Assembly (NCBI GenBank): GCA_017654855.1
Contig: CM030332.1
Location: 3,906,001-3,970,000, forward strand
Length of the DNA: 64,000 bases
DNA from: Podospora anserina
Lineage: Eukaryota
Reading direction: 5' to 3'
Below are positions 1 to 12,600 of the stretch, one piece after another (position 1 is the stretch's first letter; each line of letters starts with the position of its first letter). The notes beneath the pieces were generated by a model, which did no database searches, was not told the origin of the DNA, and worked only from the letters and a program-made list of their open reading frames with translations. The position numbers and the translations under genes were made by a program.

Positions 1-1746
1 ATGAGGTTGCAAGATGGGCAGGTCTTACCGGTGCCATATTCTCTATAAGCCAGAGCTGTACGGCTGTGGCATGGGGACGGGCGTCAGATAAATTTGGAAG
101 GAAACCCATCATCCTGATAGGGTTGCTCAGCACGATGATTTGCTTTCTTGTCTGGGGTATGTCGACAAGCTTGCCCATGGCCATCACCGCAAGAGCTATC
201 ATGGGAAGCGGCAACGGCAATGGTAAGTACCTACACCCAATTCTGTGTTTTCTGTCACACCACTAACAACGTCACCAGTTGGCATCATCAGAACCATGGT
301 AGCCGAAATGGTGCCGGAAAGAGTTCTTCAGCCCAAAGCCTTCTCGCTCATGCCCCTTGTGTGGTCAATAGGCTCTGTCTTTGGGCCTGCCTTTGGTGGC
401 TTCTTTGCTCAACCTGCCAAGCAGTTTCCCGACGTTTTTGGAAACATTGAGTTCTTCAAGACTTACCCCTTTGCTTTGCCAAATATCATGGCATGCTGTG
501 TGTTTTTCATTTCTTTCATGACCGGGTTGTTGTTCCTCAAGGTTCGTCTCATTGCCCCTTTCAAATCACCACATAGACTAACAGCCACAAAAGGAAACAC
601 TCGAAAGCAAACGCAACAAACGCGACTGGGGCCTCGAGCTCGGCGAGAAACTAACTCGTCCCTTCCACCGCTCCAAGCGTACCAAGAATCTCAGGAGGCG
701 CTCCTTTGTTGACAGCGAGGCATCTGCCCCTCTGCTTGCCCAGTCCGCCATGTCAAGCAGCTCTTCGCACTTGGAATCCAAGCACTCCGATCCAGTATCG
801 ATGAAGGACATTTTCGCCCCTCAGACGTCGATAAACCTCATCTGCTACACCTTCTTGGCTCTTCACTCAGTAGCGTACGACCAAGTCCTGCCTGTGTTCC
901 TCAACTACCCCCGTGTGATCCCTGACGAGCACAACACCTCCCTCCCGTTCAAGTTCACCGGTGGCTTCGGCCTCAGCTCGGACAAAATCGGCACAATCTA
1001 CACGGTCTATGGCATCTCCTGTGGAGTGATTCAGTTTTTCCTGTTTCCCAAGCTGTGTGCCAAGTTTGGTGTGCTGGGAATCTACCGCTTTGCCAGTAAG
1101 CACCCTATTATTTCTCCCTTCCCTAGTCCTTTCGTAGTTACTGACTTCTTGCATAGCCGTCGTATTCCCTATAATATACTTCTTGACGCCCTACACAGTT
1201 CTCGTCCAGGATACCACCGCTCGGTACATCTTCTTCTTGACCATCATGCTGGTCAAAGGATTTGTCGTTATTGTCGCCTTCCCTTGCACCACCATCCTCC
1301 TGACCAACTCTGCTACCTCCCTCCGGATCCTTGGGACCTTGAACGGAGTAGCGACGACCTTTTCCGGACTAGGGAGAGCTGCGGGGCCCGCCGCTGCCGG
1401 TGCGGTCTTCAGCTGGGGCGTGCAGAGAGGATACATGATTGCAGCGTGGTGGTTCCTGGGGTTAATCGCCTTGATGGGGACGATCCCGCCTTGGTTTATT
1501 ATCGAAGGTGATGGCCCTACCGCTTCCTCGACAGCCACATCAACTTCCACCTCTGACGGGGAAGAAGAGAGCCTGCTCCAGCGTGACGACGACGACGATA
1601 GCAGCGTTGACGGGTACGACGAAGTAGCTGTTTTAGAAGCATTGGAGGGCGAGGAGTCAGAATCGGAGACTGAGCCCGGGAAGGAAAGGAAAAAGAGGAC
1701 AACGAACGGGAGTTATGGAACAATGAATAATGGGACAGCGAGTTGA
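1..1746 (+). CDS. MFS transporter (12-TM, YCR023C/ZIFL-like), 5' end outside window; introns ~223-278, ~542-593, ~1097-1156
   Basis: Frame from nt 3 reads EVARWAGLTGAIFSISQ..AWGRASDKFGRKP (MFS motif A); hydrophobic helices, WSIGSVFGPAFGG, GTLNGVATT..GRAAGP; canonical GT..CTAAC/CTGAC..AG introns join the ORF pieces; stop at 1744-1746. Confidence 0.88.
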
Positions 1747-2111
1747 ATGAAATATCATGATGGATGAAGAGACGGGAAAAGAAACGATAGAGCATACGAA
1801 GGAAAGAAGGTCATGACTGAACGGGTGTGTGTTTCTTTTGGCTGATGATACCAGATTTCTTTTTTTCTTTCGGCATATCCATCAAGCATATGACATATCA
1901 CCTGGGCGGTGTTTTGGGGATAAGGAGTTTAAAAAGTTTTGCTGTTTTGGTTGTTTGAATAGAAGGAATGAATTGTCTTTTCACCATAACTCATCCTGGT
2001 ACCTTACCGACCACAACCACCACCAGCTTGCTCCTTCCTTAACAGCAGGAGCAACAACAATGGTTTATGTATTAGGTCAACCATGCAATATTCAACAGGA
2101 CAGCAGCACAT

Positions 2112-2277
2112 TCTGGCGTAGCCAAGCGGTCAGCCTGCTGGCCGAGGGCAAGCCCTCCCCCCTCCCCCTCGGTTTCGCTCAGCCCCAGAGCTTCCTGTTC
2201 GAATCCTCGTAAAATCAAATGGCTTTCGGCGCCGGAACACCACAATCAAATAAAGTGTGGATGTTGGCGAGCTTTTT
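2112..2277 (+). ncRNA. candidate RNA polymerase III-transcribed structured ncRNA or tRNA-derived element, unidentified
   Basis: A-box TAGCCAAGCGG 2119-2129, B-box GTTCGAATCC 2197-2206, several stems, T5 run at 2273-2277; no tRNA cloverleaf. Confidence 0.45.
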
Positions 2278-2786
2278 GATTTTTATTGATCACTGGTGAA
2301 AGATAGGATAACGAGCTGTTTCTTTCTTTTGAGTGATGTTTCTATATCACTTGTTTTTGAAGTTGACTTTTTCATGACTGTTGGGTTGTACGGACAGATG
2401 CATCCGGCGGTTTGGTACGCTGTATGATGGGATTGGAACCACAATCAACTACTCGGCAGGTCGGTAGATAACCGGTGAAAGAATGAAGCAAGAGGAGAGA
2501 TATCTCGATATTCAAGATAAATAACCTGTGATATCACATGAACAGCTTCTACGACCGAGTATCTCCTAATCTACCGTCTAACTAAAACCATTCGCTCAAG
2601 CTATGTTACAACTACCTTCCCCCAAAAAGACAATCTACACACATATTCCCCCCAAAGGTGATGTATGTAATGTGTTCCCCATCTAGATATCTCACCCATC
2701 TACCCACCATCTGTCAACCACCCAATCTAAAAATACCGACATTATACAATCCCCATCCCCCATTATCTACCCCTGCCTTTCCCCCA

Positions 2787-4430
2787 TCAATCACCACCTC
2801 CCCACTCCGCCCCCAACAAGGAAACCCTAACCGTAACCCCCTCCTTAGGCCTCAAAACCAACCTCCACATCTTCCACTCCTCCGGATCAGCCGTCTCATA
2901 ATCCCTCCCAAACTCAAACTCGCTCAGCAGCACACATAACAAAATCTTCATCTCCGTCTCGGCAAACTTCCGCCCAATACACCCCCTCGGCCCCTGCAAA
3001 AAAGTCATAAACGCGTTCGGCACCACACTCGGCGGCAAATCATCCCACCTGTCCGGGTCAAACTCATCCGCCGTTTCCCCCCAGTAGCACGGAAGCCGGT
3101 TGATCGTGTTGGCAAGCACGTAGATCACAGTTCCACCCGGGACTTTGTACCGACCCAAAGTGTCGTCCGCGATGGACTGCCTTACTGTCATGGGGATCGG
3201 GGGGATGTATCTCAGTGATTCCCTGCAGACGTTGTCCATGAAGGGGAGCTTATCCGGGTCTACGGACGCCAAAAGACGAGGATCGTGGCGGGTGGAGGCG
3301 TCAAACAAAAAGGGCATGTGCTCCCGGATTTCCTCACGGAGTTTGCTCTGAATTTCAGGGTGCGTCGACAAAAGGTGAACAGTCCACGCCACCGCCGTGG
3401 CAGTGGTGTCATGTCCCGCCCCCAGAAACGTCATGATCTGATCCCGCATCGTGTCAAACGACAGCCCCTCCTCCCCGTTCTCCTTGAGCTTCTTATTCTC
3501 TTTCGCAATCAGAGCAAGGATGTCCTTCTTGCCGATGTTGTTCTCCGCCTCGTCGAGCTTGGTGGTGATGATCTCGGTTGCTTTGTCGAGGATGATACCC
3601 CGGGAGGTTTCCATGTCGCGATTCATCTTGGAGGGGATGTGCTTCGAGGCAGGGATGAAAGCTTGCATTCCGTGGAGGAGGCGAGAAAAGAGGTCAAAGG
3701 CGAAGACGAGGCGGTAGGCCTCGCGGATGGGGACGTCAGGGTCCTCGAGGGAGTTGATGTCGTATCCGAAACCGGCCTTGCCGATGATGTCGAGGGTGCA
3801 GCGGTTTAGCCATTCCAACGCCTCGAACGATTTGACCCTGAGGTGGGAGGTGGTCATCTCCTCCTTCCAGAGCTTGGCCATGATGAGGGACTTTTCCCAA
3901 AAGATGGGCGTGAGCGAGCGGATAGCGCCGATGGAGAAGCCGGCTGTGAGGGCCTTGCGCTGGACGACGTGGTCGGTGCCTTCGGCGAGGAGGATGCCCT
4001 CACCAAGAATGCGGACCATCCAGAGCTTGGCCCGAACGGGCTTGGGGTAGTTGTACGGGTTCTTCACCGTCATGTGCTTGAGGGCTTCGTCGTCGGCGAC
4101 GGACAGTCTCTCGGCGCCAAAGGGGAAGTAGTAGCGGATGATGGGACCGAGCTCCTTGTGCCAGCGACGCTGGGGGACGCCGCACTCCTCGGTGATGATG
4201 GTGAAGAACTGCCCTATGAGAGGGTTACCCGGGACTGTGGGAACGTGTCTCAGCTCCGAGAAGTAGATTGGGTAAAGATAGCTCAGCCAGACGAAAAGGT
4301 AGAAGGGGATTGCTGCTGCCAACGCTGTCCCGACAGTCTGGGCCAGAGGCAGGTCGAATTTCTTCGCGACACCGATGGATGCTGCTGTGGTTACCGCCAG
4401 CATGGGGCCGAGAGTGACTTTTGAGGCCAT
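2787..4430 (-). CDS. cytochrome P450 monooxygenase, intronless, 547 aa
   Basis: N-terminal membrane anchor, I-helix AGHDTT, ExxR (ESLR), PDRW, heme motif FLQGPRGCIG. Confidence 0.97.
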   Translation of the reverse strand: MASKVTLGPMLAVTTAASIGVAKKFDLPLAQTVGTALAAAIPFYLFVWLSYLYPIYFSELRHVPTVPGNPLIGQFFTIITEECGVPQRRWHKELGPIIRYYFPFGAERLSVADDEALKHMTVKNPYNYPKPVRAKLWMVRILGEGILLAEGTDHVVQRKALTAGFSIGAIRSLTPIFWEKSLIMAKLWKEEMTTSHLRVKSFEALEWLNRCTLDIIGKAGFGYDINSLEDPDVPIREAYRLVFAFDLFSRLLHGMQAFIPASKHIPSKMNRDMETSRGIILDKATEIITTKLDEAENNIGKKDILALIAKENKKLKENGEEGLSFDTMRDQIMTFLGAGHDTTATAVAWTVHLLSTHPEIQSKLREEIREHMPFLFDASTRHDPRLLASVDPDKLPFMDNVCRESLRYIPPIPMTVRQSIADDTLGRYKVPGGTVIYVLANTINRLPCYWGETADEFDPDRWDDLPPSVVPNAFMTFLQGPRGCIGRKFAETEMKILLCVLLSEFEFGRDYETADPEEWKMWRLVLRPKEGVTVRVSLLGAEWGGGD

Positions 4431-5398
4431 GGTTACCGAAGCGACATTCGGTGTTCAACGGCCGAGAGATGGAGTATCGGAACTGGAAGAACTGAAGCGA
4501 AGCATAGAGTTGAACGCCGGTTAGGTCCAAACCCCCAGAAGATGAGATACACTGCGAGGTTGTGATGCCGAAACCAGAATTCCAACGGTAACGGGCATAC
4601 CGTTATATACATCATGCCTGCTGGCCTTCAGAATCCAGGAGCTTGGTTCGCCGTGGCGACGTTCAAGATTGAGGGCTTTCCATGGCGCTAGGCGAGGCCG
4701 GTGTATGCCGCAAGTTTGACCTGAAGGATCTATTTACATGCCGTTACCCAAAAGCATGGCCTAGAACAGACCTAGAGCAGTATTGTCTGAATCATGTCCG
4801 CCAGAGTCAGTGTCAACGCCGGTGTGGAGTCTGTGTGCTAGTGGGCTAGCTTGAGCGTTCTCGTACCACGGAATCCGGTATAACCGTTGGTTTAGACTTG
4901 AGCCGATGACCTGTGTGTCGGTACTGAAGTTGACATACGGGCTCCTTGATTACCCCTGAAAGCAGTCATTCAGTTACAGTCAGGCATCATGAGCTGAACC
5001 TGGGGTTCGGCGTGTGCGCTGTGTTCTTCGAAACAAGGTGGCACTTTAAAGACAGCCCTTGAATATTCTCATCGTCGTTTCTGTTGAACTGCCTGCAGGC
5101 TTGGTAAGGGTTGACGGTTATTCAGCCGTCGAGTGGCGCACCTAGTTTAGGCGATCCCCTGTGACCGCTCCCAACGAGATAAAGCCGTTGTCGACCGAAA
5201 ATACCGGCCTCCTAGACTGACGAGAGCTTTATCGACATGGAAAGCGACCATACCTGCTGCCTCTGGTAGCTTCTCCCGGGTCAGATCTCAGGATTTGAAA
5301 GAGGCCGAAAACATGACCCATGACCAGAATTTCCGGCTCCCTGAACGTCGAGTGAATCTTGACTGTTTCACTCAACCCCCGAGTCCCTTCTCCTCCTC

Positions 5399-7655
5399 AT
5401 GATGGCTTCTCTGAGTAACGTTCTTCATATCATCATGTGCTTTCGAAAGCGCCAGCCCTCTCATGATGAGAGCCCAATACCAGACATCCCCCCCGAGATT
5501 CCCATGCCGGCATGTCAAGACAGCAACCGCCCCAGCAGCTTTGGCGGCCTAGTCAGCCAACACAACCTCCAAAGAATCGGCATCCCACCCCTCAAAACCG
5601 AGTCCACCACCAACAATGACAAGCTCTCAGCCGTCTCACGCGTGTCCGGTGCGACCCGGAATCCCCCACCGATTCGCACGCCACAGGAGATGGCCAACGT
5701 ACCCAAGAACGTGCTCCTAGAAGAAGTCCTTGGCGGCCTGCGGCAACTAGCCGCGTCCCCGACCCCCTTGACACCTACCAGTGTTCGACGAAAGTACCCG
5801 ATTTCCATGACTGAGCAGCGACATCCAGGGAAACCTGACGCAAAAATCCATTGGAGCACAAAGCCATTTGAGGTTCCGAGGGACGCAGTGACCCCGGAAC
5901 TTCCCATGTCGGAGAAGGGTGACCCTCTGGCAGAGGCCCGTTATGTCTCTGGTATTCCTCTGGCGTGCCTGATGGCTGGGCTGATGTTTGCGGTGTTTTT
6001 GACTTCGATTGATAGAACGATTATATCAACGGTGGGTGGAACATGATGCTATCTAGTATTTTCTTCCTCTACTGACCTTTGTAGGCTATTCCGAATATTA
6101 CCGAGGAGTTCAAGTCGACGCCGGATATTGGCTGGTATGGCTCAGCATATATGCTCACAGCCTGTGCCTTTCAGCCCATGTTTGGTCGCATCTATACGAT
6201 TTTCTCTGTTAAAGTCTCGTATCTGGTAGCCGTGTTTCTCTTTGAACTTGGATCGTTACTCTGCGGTATATCAAAGACGTCCATGACTTTGATCATCGGG
6301 CGAGCCATTGCAGGGCTGGGGTGTGCAGGCATCCTCACTGGGAGTTTCGTTGTCGTTTCAACCACGATTCCGTTGCATTTGCGGCCTGTTTTCATTGCTA
6401 TTGTTGGGCTAATGTAAGTGATCATCACCACGAGGTTCTCTTCGCTGCTCATCTGACCCTATTCAGGTTTGGGATCGGTGCTTCCCTTGGACCCCTGCTG
6501 GGTGGTGTTTTTACAGACTTGGTGGTGAGTATCTGGCAACCGATGTATTTGTCGAGAAGATACTGACAACTCGAGACATGGCGATGGTGCTTCTACATCA
6601 ACCTCCCCGTTGGCGGTGCCACCGCCGCGGCCATGATGATTTTCTTTCATCCAGCAAAGAACAAGGGAGCCAACCGGCCATTCTGGCAACGTATCTTGGC
6701 CTTGGATATCCTTGGAAATGCGCTTCTCCTGGCGGCGTCCATCATGCTCTTCCTGGCGCTCGAGTACACAACCCAGGGGGTGGCCTGGTCAAGTGCAGAG
6801 GTTATCGGACTCTTGACTGGGTGTGGCGTCGTGGCCGTCATCTTCATGGCGTGGCAATGGTGGAAAGGAGATGAGGCGCTGATGCCGCCTCGGATTGTCA
6901 CTCAGCGTACGGTGGCTGCTTCTTGCGGCATGGCGTTCATGACCTATGGTGCGCTCATCAACCTGACCTTCTTCTTGCCCATCTGGTTCCAAGCAATCAA
7001 GGATGACAGCGCTATTGGTTCGGGTGTCAACATGATCCCCTACTTTTTGGTAAACGCCTTCTTTTCGCTCTTGGCTGGCATATTTGTCACCAGGATCGGT
7101 TACGTCACGCCTCCAGCCGTGATTGGAAGTGCTATCGGTACTATTGGTCTTGGATTGCTGACGCTCTTGAATCCGCGCACCACGACGGGGCAGTGGGTGG
7201 GCTACGAGATGGTGTGCAGTGTAGGGTTTGGCATGTCGATCCAACAGGGATTCACAGCTGTTCAGACGGTACTTGCGGAGGACGACATGGCGGTTGGAAC
7301 AGCAGCGGTGGTGGCTTCGCAGTCGTTGGGAGGCGCCATCATCCTATCGATCGGAAACAGCGTGTTTCAACACCAGCTCTTGAAGGCATCAGAGGCTAAT
7401 ATCCTGCCCGGAGTCGACATCAAGAAGCTTATCGATGTGGGCGCAGCTTCATTCCATAATCTTGTACTGGATGATGAGCTGCCATTAATGTTGGAGGTGT
7501 ACAATGCTGCACTGCGATTGGTGTTTATTGTGGGCATCCCCATGGGTGCAATGGCTGCCATCATTTCGTGCTTCCTCGAGTTCAAGTCAGTCAAGGCGAA
7601 CAAGGAGGGTGATGTGGCGAAAAATCGTGCCGAGGATGTCGCGCAAAAAGCGTAA
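5399..7655 (+). CDS. MFS drug:H+ antiporter (DHA2, 14-TM, AflT/GliA-like efflux pump); introns 6032-6084, 6414-6466, 6525-6575
   Basis: [67 protein letters not shown]; long hydrophilic N-terminus so the start codon is uncertain. Confidence 0.9.
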
Positions 7656-7984
7656 GAAAACAATGATATGAGGGAATTTGTGTTTGTATATGATCAGGTA
7701 TTTGATGAATAGGAAAGCTTGAGATTCATTGCACGAGGGAAACGCGATATCACGTGTGGCCGGCTGTGCTCCGGAATGGGTGCAGCTGTCAACTCTTGGC
7801 ATCTGCAAGGTCGCTGCTCTTGGGTGGATCAAAGAAGCTGGGCCGGTGGGGCTCTCTTTTTATCGATATCAACCGGGCAAGGCTACGATTACCTTTCTGG
7901 AAGCTCCGTCACCTTTCCAAACTAGAGCCAATTCACCCGATCCGCGACAGCTTCATCACACTCTCCCACACCACAATATCCACG

Positions 7985-9015
7985 ATGGACGACCGATCGC
8001 TCACCAAGCGCATCCAGACGCTGCACAAGGCTGCTGCGAAAGAGCCTCCATCCGTGGTCCTCCAGTTGCTGGAGGAGTTGAAGAAGGAGCCTGCCCCGAC
8101 TGAAGAGCAGCTTCGTGTAAGACCTCTCTCCTGTCCCTGCCGCGGCGGGCGGGCGGGTTGACTTTTTTGGCCACTCTGTTGATCATATTGCCCGCAGTCC
8201 ACCAAAGCCGGCGTCGTCGTCGGTAAAATGCGATCAAACACCAACAAAGACATCGCGAGATTGGCTACCGAGATCGTGTCCAAGTGGAGGAAGAACGTCG
8301 ACTCGGCCAAGGACAAGCGCAAGGTTGAACTCGCCAAGGACTCGCCCACCCCGAAGAGCGTCAGCTCGCCTCTCCCTCCATCATCATCTTCCAACAAGCC
8401 ATACGAGGGCGATACCGAGAGACGGCATTTCAAGACGGACAAGGTAGATCTCAAGCGCACCGGTCATCAAGCTCGCGACGGCTGTATCGGCGTTCTTTAC
8501 AACGGCCTGGCATACAGGGCCACAGAGTCTGTCGAGGAGGTTGTTAGACTCGCCATGGAGGTGGAGGCTGCCGCTTTCAGAGTTTTCAAGGGCGACACGC
8601 CAGAGTATCGCCAAAAGATTCGCGGCCTCATGACCAGTTTGAAGCGCAAGGACAACCCTGCCTTGGGAAAGCGCGTGCGATCCGGAGCCATCACGCCGGA
8701 CACGTTTGTCAAGATGACGGACGTTGAGCTTGCCTCGGATGCCCAGCGTGCCGAGGACGAGAAGCTGCAGCAGGAGAACATGAAGAAGGCGCAGGTGCCC
8801 ATGGCGGAGAAGTCGATCAGTGATGCTCTCAAGTGTGGCAAGTGCGGGCAGAAGAAGGTATCGTACAGCCAGGCTCAGACTAGGTCTGCTGATGAGCCGA
8901 TGACGACATTTTGCGAATGCACTGTGTGCGGTAACAGGTGGAAGGTAAGTTTTCACTTCGACAGCCTTGCGTCAAGTGGTTCTCGCGTGCTAACAGATGG
9001 CAACAGTTCTCCTAG
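7985..9015 (+). CDS. DST1: transcription elongation factor S-II (TFIIS); introns 8117-8197, 8945-9006
   Basis: N-terminal LEELKKE..EEQLRSTKAGVVVGK; C-terminal Zn ribbon CGKC..[29 protein letters not shown] after splicing. Confidence 0.97.
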
Positions 9016-9649
9016 CGAGCAAGGCGGTTTCCTACTTTTTGTCGTGTTTTGGTTGGGGTTTGGCGTTTGGGGAACGCGCACCATTTTCGTCTTTTGCTGC
9101 GTTTTTGCATGATACCCGAGCAGCGGCCAGGCAGTACTTGAGGCTCTGTCTCGGGGATGGGAGAGGTGGCTGAAGGATCCGGAGGAGGTATTTACATATT
9201 TCTATTGAACTCTAGATTCAGAGCACAGGCTGTACTATACACAATTTCACGAGAGGCCGATGACAGTGAAGCATGTCTGGGACTTTTGGGACATGATTAG
9301 CTTGGACAGTTCACAGGTCAGAACTACGCTCGCCAGCGATCCCGACAAGGGGATTTGCCGGACGTTTCTTACGAGCATACATATATCGATAGTTGACATA
9401 ACAACCGTGAGTGGGTCGACTCACTGTCCCTTTTCTCGAGCTTTTCCGTATGGATGGCAAACCAACGTATAATGCAGCGATGTTTCACTTTCGCTCACAA
9501 TGTGCGGTTTATAATTCATCACTCCTTCACCGTGTCAACATATCAAACAATCTCCCAATTAATTCCTATCTCACTATATATAATCACCACTCCAACACCC
9601 TCCCCCCATCCCACTAACCACGCCGCCCCCCGCATCCACCTCCCCCCCA

Positions 9650-12600
9650 TTATGATTCCCCCCTCCTCACACACCCAAAGCAAAAAACCTTCCCACACCC
9701 CCCTTCACACCTTCCCCCCTTTCCCTTATCCTCACCCCCCCCTTTCACCCTCTTCACCTGCCTCTTAACAGCAACTCTCGCCATAAAACTCTCCTTTTTA
9801 TCCCCCTTCCTTGCCGAGCCCTCGGGCTTTTTGACCAAGTATGTCCCCCTCGGCGTACCACTCACCGTCGAAAACAACCTCACATGGTTCGAAGCAGGAG
9901 AAGACCTCATAATGGGCGTCACCGACGAAACAGACGGCGACAAGACAGCTAACTCGTCGTCTTCCGAGTCGGAGAGCAGAGACAGCACCCCCGAGCGACG
10001 TTTCCTTTTGGCGGTGGGGGTAATTGAGGATGAAACGGGGGGTGGTTTTGAGGTGGGGTCCTTGGTTGGTTTAGTCGAGGGTGCTGGTCGTTTTGATGTG
10101 GGCGTTTTGGTCGGTTTAGTCGAGAGTGCTGGTCGTTTTGATGTGGGCGTTTTGGTCGGTTTAGTCGAAGGTGCTGGTCGTTTTGATGTGGGCGTTTTGG
10201 TCGGTTTGGTGACGGTTGGTGTTGTTGCTGGCTTGACGGTGGTGGGTGGTGGTTTTGAGGCTGGGGTTTTGGCTGGTTCGGCGGCGGTTGGTGTGTTTGA
10301 TATGGTGGATAATGGTGTGGTTGCTGGTATGGTGGGTGGTGTTGGTTTTGCCTTTGGGGGCCGGCCACGCGGTCTCCTCGGTGGTGTTGTGAGATACGAG
10401 GGCGTGGAAGGCCTGAGGTGAAAATCCCCTTTCCGTTGGGCTGGTTTGAATATCAATGGTGAAGATGTAATGGCGATGCTTTCTAGCGTCATATTGTTAA
10501 TATTGTCGTGGGGGGTACCTGGCAGTGGTGACGATGTCGTGTCCGTGACGGCCCCGTCCTGAGACTGGGACGACAGAGCCGGGACAGGGTCTGATATTTC
10601 GGCTGGCCCCGGAGAAGATGCAATGGGGGCAGAGTCCAACATCTCAGTATCTTGAGGCTGTAAAGATAGAGAAGCGATCGGTCCCAGCATCTCATCACCG
10701 GGGGCGCAGGATGACAGAGTTGGCGACGGAACCGTGTGATTTCGCGGGGTTTCTTCCTCCACACTTCCCATCTCACTTGACGGTTCAATATAAGAATCTG
10801 GTATTTCCAGCGTTGTCTCTTCGTCTCCATTAAACGACAGACTTGGCGATGGTGGCCTCACATCGTCGTCGAGATCTTCCTGGGTCGAGAAACCGCCGAT
10901 GGGATCAGAGTCTGGGATTTCGCCTCGCGGGTCTCTACCCCTGAAGGATGGTCTCCCTTTGCGTCTGTTTGGCCATGGCGTCTGCTCGCTGCCGATTGTG
11001 TAGATAACTTCTGTTATTTGGGGCGGCCGAACCATAATGTCTGGTAATGATGATTCTGTATCAATAATGGGTGGTGCTGGTTGCGGTGACGATTCTTTCA
11101 ACTCTACCGCGACGCGTTCATCTTCACGGTCAGCCTGATTCTCCAGGCTCGAATCTTTTGGATTAAGATTTCCAGCGTCAGGCATCGGCACATCGTGTGG
11201 CTTGTCCGACGTATTTGTGTCGGAAGCCACGATGCCAAGTGGCTTGCGTAGAGTTTTCCGTAACAGACTTTCGTCCTTTTTGCGGCTTGCTCCTGCCTGC
11301 TTTTGTGGCTGCCGTTGCGTCTTCTGCATGGGCTGATCTTCGTCAGACAGGTCGTATTCTGCATCCACTACATGCCGAGTAAACAGTTCTCCTGGCGGCT
11401 CCGGCTGGCCATTGGCTTCTATTTCACTTTCAGCAGCCGGGGGTCTGGTTGAGTGGTTTGTTTCTCTCTCCTCGGGCGCCAGAGGTATCATTGTTGCTGG
11501 TGGAACATTTTCCTCCCCATCCTTTTCCTGTGGAATAGGATGGTCAGCCTCGCTTTGCTCAGGCGTAACAGCCCTGAACGAGGAGATGTCCAGTGGAGTT
11601 TTGGCCACAATCTCCACCCGTAGACTCTGATTTCGCGGTTTCCTAGCGGACTTGTGCTCTGAATCAGACACGTAGATATAGACATCTGGATCCTCGGCAG
11701 GTACTGAATCTTGAACTGGTGGTGGTCGTGACCGAACAGCCATCACCGTAGGCTTCTGTTCTGGAGTCTTCGGGCTCTCGGTTTCTACAAGCGTTGCAGT
11801 CGGTTCCGGTTCAGTTGTTGGAGAACTGATGTCGGCCGTCACAATCTCAACATCTGGCTGAACTCCGTCCGTCTTCGAAGGAGTACTCTCCGCCTCAGCC
11901 ATCGCAACACCGTCCCGTGGCGGCGAAGGCGCTTTCGCCACATCCTTTTCCGCATCTTTATGCGCCGATTCTTTGGGTGTATCCGATCCAACCTTGGACT
12001 TTCTCTTTCCAGGTCCCCTCTTCTTCTTTTCCGGCCCCGTATCAGGCGGCGGCTTCGGCAACAGCAACTTCTGCTTTATCGGCGTCTCCGTCGTCTCCAT
12101 ACCCTTATCCTTCGTAAAAACCCCCAGCAAAACATCGTCCTCATTATCACCCTGCTCATCCCTCGGCGCAGCAAGTGAAATCCGCTTCTTCTTCACCTGA
12201 GGCGCATCAGTCATCGCTGCAGGCCGGTACATAAACGAAGGCGGCAGCGCCGGCGCCTGCCAAGTCGGATCGCTGGTCTGTAGATCGATCGGCGGTCCAT
12301 ATTCCACCGGCCACCCACTAAACCCTTCCATCTGTCCCGGAAACATCATACCCCCCCCCATCTGTCCAGAAAACATCACACCCGGCCCCATCTGCCCCTC
12401 AAATCCCATATTCGACAACCCCATCTGTCCCATCATCCCAGGCCACCCCCCAAACCCACCTCCCATCGCCAATTCCGACTGCCCCATCATCTGTGGAAGC
12501 ATCACCCCCCCTCCCATATTCATCCCCATCATCTGCGGCAGCATCACATCCTGCCCCAACCTACTTAGTCCTTGAGCATCTCCCACACCATGAAGAAGCC

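Noticed and set aside
2112-2215. tRNA gene call
   Set aside because: A and B boxes are present but the T-stem, anticodon arm and acceptor stem do not pair; kept only as an unidentified ncRNA candidate.
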